Shown here in pieces: positions 1-9,371 of a stretch of 50,912 nucleotides of DNA. The position numbers and the translations under genes are program-made. Below the pieces are notes generated by a model, which saw only the letters and a program-made list of their open reading frames with translations, was not told the origin of the DNA and did not search any database. This DNA is from Craspedostauros australis (lineage: Eukaryota), in the NCBI GenBank assembly GCA_030167865.1, contig JALAGF010006032.1:1-50912 (forward strand), read 5' to 3'. Position 1 is the stretch's first letter. The number at the start of each line of letters is the position of its first letter.

Positions 1-1334
1 GCTGACGTCCCTCTGCCATTGGACAGCGACCTCATTGTCATCACCGGTCTGAACGGCACCCATGTGTCGTTCGCTGTGAACCCAGCCATCGGCGAAGACA
101 CCGACTCCAACATCACTGCCGTGTCCATCGAGTACAGACCTAACGTGACCCATTCTGAGTGCAAGACCGAGTTCGATGTCGTCCCTGAGGCGGCGTTCGA
201 CTTGGAAGCGGTGTGCTTCGATGGTTGGACAATGGTGACAGTCTACATCTACTTTGGAGAACCCTTGGAGGATCCGGAGCAGTGCGAATACTGTGAGACA
301 CCTGATGAAGACAGTGACGACTCTGTTGCGTACGTGTTCGAGTTGCCGTGCGAGACCGACTGTTATGACACTATCGCGCCAACATCGATGCCAACGTCGG
401 GACCTACCAGTGGTCCAACTGCAAGCCCTGCGCCAACCGACTGCTACGAACAACTCTTGCCAAAACTTACGCACCAATCCGGCGCAGACGTGAATATTCC
501 AGAGAACGACGATCTCATCGTCATCACCAGCCAAAATGGAACGCACGTGGGCATTGAAGTTCGACAAGTTATTGAGAACTCGGAAGACGGAGCCTCGATG
601 CTTGCTGTGCAATACAGAAACTCGACAGCCGAATCCTGTGAGAAGAGCTCGGGAGTGACGTTTGGAACAACTGTGTCCTTCATCGCCACCTGCTTCGACT
701 CCTACGCGGAAGTGCGAGTCTTCCTTGTGTTGGGTAATGCCACTGAGGACGCCGAGGATTGCGACGCATGCAGGTCACCGGACGAAGACGACACAGACAA
801 GGTGGTCTGGGTCTTTGAAGTCCCATGTGAGTCTGGATGTGATCTTTCGGATTCCCCGAGCCAAAGCCCAACAAGTTCTCCGACAACCAGCCCAGCACCT
901 TCCGAGTGCATCGACCAGGTCACACCAAAACCAACGGGAACATACGGTGCTGACGTCCCTCTGCCATTGGACAGCGACCTCATTGTCATCACCGGTCTGA
1001 ACGGCACCCATGTGTCGTTCGCTGTGAACCCAGCCATCGGCGAAGACACCGACTCCAACATCACTGCCGTGTCCATCGAGTACAGACCTAACGTGACCCA
1101 TTCTGAGTGCAAGACCGAGTTCGATGTCGTCCCTGAGGCGGCGTTCGACTTGGAAGCGGTGTGCTTCGATGGTTGGACAATGGTGACAGTCTACATCTAC
1201 TTTGGAGAACCCTTGGAGGATCCGGAGCAGTGCGAATACTGTGAGACACCTGATGAAGACAGTGACGACTCTGTTGCGTACGTGTTCGAGTTGCCGTGCG
1301 AGACCGACTGTTATGACACTATCGCGCCAACATC
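1..1334 (+). repeat. Exact intragenic direct repeat: 1-386 = 949-1334 (period 948 bp = 316 codons)
   Basis: GCTGACGTCCCTCTGCCATTGGACAGCGAC... starts at both 1 and 949. Identity continues to ...ATCGCGCCAACATC (386 and 1334). The left copy probably extends beyond the window edge. Confidence 0.95.
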
Positions 1335-2520
1335 AGCACCAACCAATTGCTACGATCGCGTCAACGTCGCTCCGGTCAGAAAGGCTGGAGACGACATGGC
1401 TATTCCGGAGGGTGCAGTGACCATTGTGGAGCATGATGGCGCCACTGTCAAGTTCAAGGTCACACAATTGTGGAAAGATGTGGACGTGAAGATGTTGGCG
1501 TTCCAATATCGCGAAACCGCATCTGCGGAGAAGTGCTTCCCGGACACAACCGTTGACTTTGGAACAACGTATGAACATACCGCTGTCTGCTTCGACGGTT
1601 TCGCGTCCGTTGGTATCTATCTGTACACCGGCGATGATTTCGATCCAACGACATGTGAAGCATGTAAACAGCCAACGGACATCGACGATGGCGTCGCACT
1701 GTTCTACTTCGAGATGCCATGCAACTCTGAATGCGCACCACCAACCCCGACATCAGAGACAGAGGCATCGAACTGCTACGACGATGTGGTTCTGGATGAC
1801 TCTTCTGGAACGTGTGTGTATGATGCGAGCCCTGTGTCAATCGTATCGCAGCACGGCAGCACAGTCAAGTTCTCTGTGTCTCACACGTGGGACATAGCAC
1901 AGACTCATGCCTTGGGTGTCGTCCCAGCTGCGCTGAGCCAGATGTCGATCCGGTACAAGGCCCAGGGAGAAAATTCCATGGGTTGCACAACGAGACTCGA
2001 ACCAGCCGCCGGATATTTGGACACATACACAGCTCAGTGCAACAGCAACGGGCTTGCACAGGTCGAGATCTTCGTGCATGACAGTACCTTCCCCAAGGAC
2101 AGCAGCGCGGAGATCCCGGACGAATGCGACCAACCCACCGATCCTGACCATACTTGCGGATACTCGTTTGTCATCCCATGTAACGCGGACATGATGTGCG
2201 ACAGCAACCGCCGAATGCAGAAGATCCGCAGCCACATGAAGGAAGTGAAGGAAGAGTCTTACGCGCCAGGCCTGAGCTCAAGCATTCTCATGGAATCGTT
2301 CAAGAAGACCTCCTTGGAAACAGATTTGCCGGCTGAAGGTGATGAAGATCCATACTGCGCTGCCGAAGACTTCCCGTGTGAGGGCGACTCGCCCAACATG
2401 GTGTACGTCTGCCATTACTCTGTCACGAAGGGATACCAAACTTTCTGCGTGCCAGAGGCAGACTCCGACATCCTTCGTTTGTACTCTTCGGATTACTGCG
2501 GAAAGTGCGATGGCCAGTAA
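1..2520 (+). CDS. 5'-truncated large acidic, Cys-rich repetitive protein, probably secreted (cell wall/adhesion), with ~130-aa Cys modules separated by P/T/S linkers
   Basis: The frame is open from base 1 (GCT GAC GTC...) to TAA 2518-2520; the ORF-track start at 19 is only a TTG. There are five related modules of pattern (L/V)x(I/V)...G(T/A/S)xVx(F/I)xV...(Y)R/K...C...A(V/T/Q)C(F)DG...V(xI/V)(Y/F)...CxxC...(F)E(L/V/M)PC...C. Mucin-like linkers: APTSMPTSGPTSGPTASPAPT and SPSQSPTSSPTTSPAPS. The C-terminal domain has 6 Cys. No signal peptide is visible because the N-terminus lies outside the window. Confidence 0.85.
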   Translation, partial: ADVPLPLDSDLIVITGLNGTHVSFAVNPAIGEDTDSNITAVSIEYRPNVTHSECKTEFDVVPEAAFDLEAVCFDGWTMVTVYIYFGEPLEDPEQCEYCETPDEDSDDSVAYVFELPCETDCYDTIAPTSMPTSGPTSGPTASPAPTDCYEQLLPKLTHQSGADVNIPENDDLIVITSQNGTHVGIEVRQVIENSEDGASMLAVQYRNSTAESCEKSSGVTFGTTVSFIATCFDSYAEVRVFLVLGNATEDAEDCDACRSPDEDDTDKVVWVFEVPCESGCDLSDSPSQSPTSSPTTSPAPSECIDQVTPKPTGTYGADVPLPLDSDLIVITGLNGTHVSFAVNPAIGEDTDSNITAVSIEYRPNVTHSECKTEFDVVPEAAFDLEAVCFDGWTMVTVYIYFGEPLEDPEQCEYCETPDEDSDDSVAYVFELPCETDCYDTIAPTSAPTNCYDRVNVAPVRKAGDDMAIPEGAVTIVEHDGATVKFKVTQLWKDVDVKMLAFQYRETASAEKCFPDTTVDFGTTYEHTAVCFDGFASVGIYLYTGDDFDPTTCEACKQPTDIDDGVALFYFEMPCNSECAPPTPTSETEASNCYDDVVLDDSSGTCVYDASPVSIVSQHGSTVKFSVSHTWDIAQTHALGVVPAALSQMSIRYKAQGENSMGCTTRLEPAAGYLDTYTAQCNSNGLAQVEIFVHDSTFPKDSSAEIPDECDQPTDPDHTCGYSFVIPCNADMMCDSNRRMQKIRSHMKEVKEESYAPGLSSSILMESFKKTSLETDLPAEGDEDPYCAAEDFPCEGDSPNMVYVCHYSVTKGYQTFCVPEADSDILRLYSSDYCGKCDGQ

Positions 2521-4229
2521 ATCAGATCCATGCCCGGCAAGGCCGATTGATCAACTTAACCAATAGCTCGAGCCAACTATCATACCTTTCATACGCGCAT
2601 GTCTCGCAATGTTTGCTCGCCCATTTACTTACTGCTGCCTGCCTGCCTGCTGGTGTGCTTATCGCTGTGTTCTCTCTGACTATGGTGTAACCACCTTCTA
2701 GCAGGCTCGGTGCTGTCGCCGGAGTGCGGACAAAGTCAGAGATCATCAGGGCTATTATTGCGGCATCATTGGCGTGGGACAGGTTCGTCGTGATGGTCCT
2801 CATCGCCATGTCTTTGGTCGATCTCCAGTGGGCATGTGGATAGACCCATGCTATTTGTGTCGGAGTTAGGGAGCAAATGATCGGGGGGAGGGGAGGTTGG
2901 CGGCTTGCTTGTTCAAGTCCATGCCGAGATTCCCATTCGCGACTCCACGAATATCCTCAAAATACCTACTCAACTCCATTCTGCGTGCACTACATTCTAC
3001 GGCACCTCTACTCCAGAGCATCCTTCGTAGAGAGGGGTATGGGCTTGATGCGAAGGACGTCGGTGGGCGTTCGGTCTGACTGTGCCAAACACGGAAGAGA
3101 ATTGGGATGGGATGCCGTTGGTACCATCTGCACTGTACGACGGATGATGTGCAGCTCCCAGGAGTGAGATGCGCTGTTGTGAGCAGCTGTTGCACAGTAG
3201 AGATGAGAGGGGCGTTGCGTGACATTGCTCGACGAAAGTTCAACAACTCAAGCTCCTATGGAAAGAAGTTGCAGACTTGTGGAAGGTGGCGAATGGAAGC
3301 ATTGGATGAAGGGACATGCAAGGAGCTAAAGGGAGGTTCGAGTAAGGGGCAACAAACATGATTGCGGGATTTGCCGCAGCAGAAGCATATGGCGCATCGA
3401 TGGTACCATTCGAGTGCCGTGCAAGTGCCGTGCAAGTGCCATACTCGTGGCTCTTACACAGGGAATCTCATTCTTGTTGCAGAGTCAACCGAGATCGACG
3501 ACAACAGACAACCAACTATCAATCCGCAGCTTCAGCGTATGCCAACATCATCGCACACGGAGAGAGCTAGGAGTGTGCAAGGTAGCGTCCGTGGAACAAC
3601 ATTTACCACACGGGTACGACTATGATGACAAGGACGCGCAAGTTTCCGGTTCTGCACCGTACAGCAACAGTGTTGGCCATCTACAAACACGCAAAATGAT
3701 ACCTCGTGCTTTGCCATTTCGAGGATGAATTCCACAAGCATGAGCCGAAGCTTACTATTCTTTGTATGCATTGATTTCATGACACCCAAAATGCACTATT
3801 ACTCCAGAACAGAGTGTGTAGAGCATGTAGAGCATGTAGAGTACAGGGAGTATAGCAGTACAGTTGAGTTGAATGGAGTAGAGTAGCGTGGCGTGGTTGC
3901 GAAGTTCGGACGAGCGAGCAGACAACGGCTGAGGACGAATCTCCCCCAAGTCGCAGCGGACCAACAAAGTGAATAGGTTTCGTTTTGTATGTAATTACCG
4001 CAACATACAACACGGGACCCGTATGAATATTTGGTTTCGAGACACAAATGTCAGTACTTTCCAACAAAGCGGATACTATTGTCTCATATGGCAGATATCG
4101 ATGTTCGATACTATGGTACCTCATGTGAAATGCGATAGGCCTCTTTTTTTCGCCCAGATTGTGACCGGGGTGGTGTTGGTGTGGCGAAGCCGTTGGATCG
4201 TTTGCATTTGTGTCTGTTTGTGTGATGTC

Positions 4230-4268
4230 GCAGAAGTGCGCAGAAGTGTGCAGAAGCGTGCAGAAGCG
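4230..4268. repeat. 10-bp tandem repeat GCAGAAG(T/C)G(C/T) x4, ~80 bp upstream of the palmitoyltransferase ATG
   Basis: gcagaagtgc gcagaagtgt gcagaagcgt gcagaagcg. Confidence 0.85.
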
Positions 4269-4346
4269 AGTCTGGGCAACCTGGATGAGTGTGGTTGTCG
4301 AGTCGTGTCATAACGCACCCTCCCTTCGGTTGAGACGCTGGCGACG

Positions 4347-6756
4347 ATGGAAGCAATCACTTTGACGGGAGCGACGATCTCCAGCACAAGCAGAAAGGCA
4401 GCGGAGCAGCAACAGCAACAGCAGGGATCCTTCTCTGTGACCAAGACAGGGCTGATGCATTCCGGAGGAAAAGGTACGGCGAGTGCAGGGAACGCGGCAG
4501 GGCCGCATCCTGGCGCTCATTCTCATGGGCACTCCCAAGGCCACTCTCATGGGCACTCCCAAGGTCACTCTCATGGGCACTCCCACTCTCATGGACACTC
4601 TCAAGGACAGGGACAAGCCCAGATGATGACGAACCCATCCCTGGCAGATTTGGCGCAGGCCTCTGTGCACGAGATCAACCAGTCGCTGAGCACGCTGTGC
4701 AGATTTGGTCGACTTGAGGCCGTCAAGCCGCTCCTGGAAGAGGTGGAGAAGAGCCGCGGAGGCGAGATCATCGCGCAGATCTTCAACGACGAGGATGACG
4801 GGGGGCATTCCTTGCTCCACTGGGCCTCCAAGCGAGTGGATGACCTCCGCTTCCTGCAGTTCTTCGTCGACTCCCTCGTGCGGCTGGGGCAAACGCAGCT
4901 GCTCAACAAGCCGAGCTCTGATGCGGTCGGGATGATGCCCTTGCACTGGGCCTCCACGGAGGGATCCATCCCGCACGTGGCCTTGCTCATCAAAAACGGG
5001 GCCGACATCGAAGCGAAGGATGCCTCAGGCTGCACGCCGTTGCTCATTGCGGCGCAGTACGGCCAGGTAGAAGTCGTGGCCTTCCTCGTTCAGAAGGGAG
5101 CCAACGTCAATGCTGTCGACTCGTCGCGTGACACGGCGATGCACTGGGCAGCGTACAAGGGCAGCATCCAGGTGTGCGGCTTGCTGCATTTCAACCAGCG
5201 ACTCGATTTCACGACGCCCGATGCCTACGGCCAAACGCCGCTCCACCTCGCATCCCTTCGAGGCAACACAGCCGTGGTCAGGTACATCTTGGCGTCATTG
5301 CCAACCTCCAAGAAAGACGTCCTTTTCCTCAAGGACAAGAATCAGCGAACCCCCCTGGACCTGGCCATATACAAGAACCGCCCCACGGTCGAGGCCGTCC
5401 TTCGTGAGGCTATGACAGCTATCCGAGATCCAAGGGGTCACTTCTTGAGAAAGACGCTTTTGGGGAACATCCGAGACTGTCTCTCATGGAAGACCTGGCG
5501 AATCTGGCTCGGACTGTCGAGCGGCGGGGATGACATGGATGAGCCCATCAGGTTCCCCTTCTACTTTGTGCTCAGCCAGTACGCTGTCCACCTCGTCTTC
5601 ATGTTCGGCATCTTCGCACCTGTCACGAACGCAGGGGCGGGAATCATGTGGGACAAGGCCGGCTGGCTTGCATGGAACGTGATGACCATGATCTCCACTT
5701 GGTTCTGCTTCTTCAAGACATGGACGACCAGTCCAGGATACGTCGATGGGTCGAACCCGAAAATCGACAAGTGGCGCAGGCTCTACGAAGACACGTTGGA
5801 GGCCTATGCTGACGAGACCAAGGCAGCTCAGATGGATTCTCTTCCGGTAAGCAGCAGCTGGCAGTGCTATGCGCCACGGCATACTGCGCCTCGTTTTTTT
5901 CTGCCCTTCACCTCCCTATCCCATGTGTGATGTTGACGATGGATGCCTCCGCAAACCAGCAGCAAGCTTGTCACCTATGAATTATGCCACGTTGTTTTGT
6001 ATTGTATTATGTTACGGAGCATTTAATTGTGTTGCATTTGGTCTAACATGACACCCCTTGCTGGTTGGGCATTCCTCCGTTTTCTTTTCCACTTCTCTGC
6101 GCCTTCCCGCCGTGGCCGTGCCTTCAAACGTACAAACAACGAATGGATGAACGAATCAACACAACAACGGACGGGCAATCTTTACCTGCGATGACATATC
6201 AACGAAGCAATTGTGCCATACATGCCACGTCGCTCGGCCTCACCGATCAAAGCACTGCCGCATCACAGGAAAATGCGTGCTGATGTTCGATCATTACTGT
6301 CCGTTCGTCGACAACACCGTCGGGCTCAACAACTACAAATGGTTCCTATCCTTCCTCATTTCGATCAACGTGTCCATACTCTCCTTCATCATTACCTTCG
6401 TGATCTATCTCCGTCGGTATTGGCGCCACAATGATTTCCCTTGGGTGACCTTCTTCGCGGGGTTGATCATCAGCGTCATCCTGTTCCCCGTTGCCACGAT
6501 GCTCATCTACCATGCTCAGCTTACCATGGTCAACCTCACAACGAACGAGCACATGAACATCCGAAAGTACAAGTACTTCTACCCGAAAGTGGATGGCAAG
6601 CGTCAGTACAAAAATCCGTGGTACAAAGGATGGATGGGAAATGCAATGGAGAAGTTTTTCCCGACTGAACGATCGTACACACTTCCAGAAGAACACGCAA
6701 GCTTGCTGGGGAACCCACTCGGCAGAACTTCGGACCGTGGACTCGAATTGACCTGA
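4347..6756 (+). CDS. Ankyrin-repeat DHHC(DHYC) S-palmitoyltransferase, Akr1/ZDHHC13/17/TIP1 type; exons 4347-5846 and 6208-6756 (~682 aa)
   Basis: Ankyrin repeats: GHSLLHWAS, GMMPLHWAS, GCTPLLIAAQYG, DTAMHWAAYKG, GQTPLHLASLRG, RTPLDLA. These are followed by two TM helices and SPG, then the Cys-rich domain CHTCHVARPHRSKHCRITGKCVLMFDHYCPFVDNTVGLNNYKWF, two more TMs and the NLTTNE motif. The phase-0 intron 5847 (GTAAGC) to 6207 (AAG) joins ...SLP|QLCHTC. Confidence 0.93.
5847..6207 (+). other. Spliceosomal intron (361 bp) of the palmitoyltransferase
   Basis: Donor CCG|GTAAGC and acceptor CGAAG|CAATTG join the two ORFs in frame; a CTAAC branch-like motif lies near 6043. Confidence 0.8.
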
Positions 6757-7278
6757 ATTGAGATGATTTGATATGGCCACATTGGCAACAGTGGATAGAC
6801 GTGCCCTGAGTGCTGTGTCACAGTGCCAGTGTCAGGACGCGGACGTGGTCGCGCAGACAGCAGACAACAAAACTCAGGTGGAGGACTTGGGCTGCAGTGC
6901 CAATCATGCTCCACCTCCTGCCGTCCCATGCAAGCCAGCCACCAAGCAGGCAGATCGCGCAATACGATCACTGAACACCATGGTTGTATACGCAGAGAAC
7001 ATTTAATTCAAGAGCGCTCGAACCACAAACCAACCCATATCCTTGAAGCACGAAACATTTGCATCTATCTGGAACATAGCTTAAACGTGTACGCACTCGT
7101 AAGTCCCGAAGTGTGTACCATGGAGCATTAGCATGTGCGAGTGTAATGACTCGCACTGGTAACAGTTAGGTACTCTGATACGAATACTTATGGTGAGGCT
7201 GACCAATCCGTGCGGCATGCAGTTGTGGACGGAGTGCGGTCTGTCTGAAGTTTGGTCTGCAGGAGGCAGTTCATTGAA

Positions 7279-8580
7279 TCATCGTAATCTTTCCGACAAT
7301 TCATCCATCAGCGGCTGGCCATTGCCCAGCGAAAAGCAGGCCAAATCGTCGAGCAGTTGCTCCAGCGTGACTTGCGCCGCACCCAACTCTGGTCGGATGC
7401 TTGGTGGGTTGCCGGGATAGCCAACCGCGGGGAGTTTGAAGGAAAAGTAGAACAGTGCTCGCGAATCGGATTTGGATTGGTTGGCCGTACCGCAATGCAA
7501 ACATCGGGAATCGAAGATGGCGCAGCAGCCTTTGGGGAGCAAGCCAAGGACAGCCGGGGTGGTTTGGATGAGATCATCCTTTGGGCCACTGGTATCTTGG
7601 AACGCCGCGTGAGCTTTCATGGTGTGCGTACCTGGCAACCACGTTGTGGGTCCCATGTCCAATCGGACATCCTGCAAGGCGATGAAGCAGGTGAAGAGCA
7701 CGGGGCCCTTGCCGTCCAGCACGGGCGTGTCGGGATGGATGACCTGCCGTTGACTCCCAGGATCCGACATGAGACAGGAGAGCTCATGCAGCACGGCAGC
7801 ATTCGTGAATTGAGATGAGATGGTGGAACCGACGGAACTGCATCGCAGCACCTCGTCCAAAGCCTCCGTGATGATGGCATTGCCGACAGGAACGGTCAAA
7901 TCGCAACGATCCTTGCGCAGGAGGACGTCGGCGAATCGTTGCTGCTGCGGCACGCTGCCGCTGGCAACCTCCTGTTCAGCTGTGGCGCGTAGGTTGTACA
8001 GGAGCTCGCGGAGGGCGTCCGCCGCGGATGCGGACAGGACGTCGTCGATTCGGACGACGCCATCCTTCTTGAGCACCTTGGCATGCGCCTTGCCTTCCAT
8101 TTTGAATGCGGCGGCAGATCCTTTGGTGTTGTTGCTGCTGCTTCTGCCGCCGCCACCAAATCCACCAGCTTTGCCTGTCCCGCGCGTCTTGACTTTGTTG
8201 GCCTCCAAGGCCCTAGCAGCGCCTTTCATCATGGTTTCTTCCAGTTCGCCGCGCTCCACGAGAAGCCGCTCCTGCTCTTGGTACAGCAAATCGGATGCTG
8301 CCAATGCAACGCGACTTGATGTCCTCGCACGAGCACGGCGGCATGTTCGGCGTTTGTTGTTCCCGCGGTGATCGCAGAACGCGTCCGCGAATTGCGGAGG
8401 ATGTTGTTGAATGGGGAACGCCGACAGCAACGCCGACACCGGCACCGACAAAGATGCCGATGCCACCACAGAGAGGAACGCGAAGGATCGGAGCGACGGG
8501 GCGGAGGAACGGTGAGGACGCCCGGCAGATCCACGAAGCAATCCGCGACGCTTTTGTTGCTGCTTGGCAGAGGGTGGCAT
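7279..8580 (-). CDS. Phytanoyl-CoA dioxygenase (PhyH)-family 2-oxoglutarate/Fe(II) oxygenase, probably plastid-targeted (~433 aa)
   Basis: Motifs LKKDGVVRIDDVLS; iron-binding HxD in PGSQRQVIHPD; FIALQDV...MGPTTWLPGTH; G...IFDSRCLHCGTAN...R..FYFSF (distal His and 2OG-binding Arg). A hydrophobic segment ending ...VSALLSAF resembles a bipartite presequence. First plausible ATG is at 8580; the start is uncertain. Confidence 0.85.
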   Translation of the reverse strand: MPPSAKQQQKRRGLLRGSAGRPHRSSAPSLRSFAFLSVVASASLSVPVSALLSAFPIQQHPPQFADAFCDHRGNNKRRTCRRARARTSSRVALAASDLLYQEQERLLVERGELEETMMKGAARALEANKVKTRGTGKAGGFGGGGRSSSNNTKGSAAAFKMEGKAHAKVLKKDGVVRIDDVLSASAADALRELLYNLRATAEQEVASGSVPQQQRFADVLLRKDRCDLTVPVGNAIITEALDEVLRCSSVGSTISSQFTNAAVLHELSCLMSDPGSQRQVIHPDTPVLDGKGPVLFTCFIALQDVRLDMGPTTWLPGTHTMKAHAAFQDTSGPKDDLIQTTPAVLGLLPKGCCAIFDSRCLHCGTANQSKSDSRALFYFSFKLPAVGYPGNPPSIRPELGAAQVTLEQLLDDLACFSLGNGQPLMDELSERLR

Positions 8581-8677
8581 GCTGAGTGCTGAGTGCTGAG
8601 TGCTGAGAGACAAGTGATGAGTGACAAGTGATGAGTGCTGAATGCTGAATGACAAGTGCTGAATGACAAGTGGTGAG
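8581..8677. repeat. Degenerate short tandem array (GAGTGCT, GACAAGTG and GAATGCT units) directly upstream of the PhyH ATG
   Basis: gctgagtgctgagtgctgagtgctgagagacaagtgatgagtgacaagtgatgagtgctgaatgctgaatgacaagtgctgaatgacaagtggtgag. Confidence 0.8.
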
Positions 8678-9371
8678 TAGCGCGGTGAAGTTGTCGTACA
8701 GCTAACGCAGCGCAATGCGGAGTATCAGAAGAACAAAATCGGTGGCATCTTGACAGATGTGATGGGATGCATCGTTGCAGCGAGAGCGGAGATCCTCTCC
8801 ACCAATACGACCAGGTCGCACGGATGGAGAGCATCTCGGACCTGCAACAATTGTGGCTGGTTTCGTCCAATGAGGAGAACATCGGCAACTGGAGATCGAA
8901 GACGGATGAACAGGCAGGCCACCAGCGAATCAACTTTGGGGAGCAAGGTACACCCGCAGGGATACTCGTACGCCAATGGTTCTCGTGTCGGAAGGCCGCA
9001 CCGTACTCTCCGCAGAGTACCAGACAATCTCTCCACACTCGCGCAGACAGGAGTTCAGATGATTGTGTCAAACACAAACGTTCATGAAGCATGCGCACTT
9101 ACCTATGCCTTATTATCATACACACCATACTATTATACTCTCCATTAGAGTACTCCAAGCTATTCCCTCATGCTTCGCTGACAAAACGGGATTTGTTCAT
9201 ACTATGGCACTATTGCCAACACTCTGGTCTCTCTCTCTCTCTCCAGAGAGTAGATGTAGAGTGCTCATAAATTACACACCTCGATTTTGCCGCACTTCGC
9301 TCGGATTCGTCGGAACGCGTTTGTCTATCCACGGGGAATAGAGTGCTCTCTGATGATAAACATCGCACAAT

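Noticed and set aside
8581..8715. N-terminal extension of the PhyH ORF (LVIQHLSFSIQHSS...)
   Set aside because: It is a translation of the tandem array with a non-ATG start.
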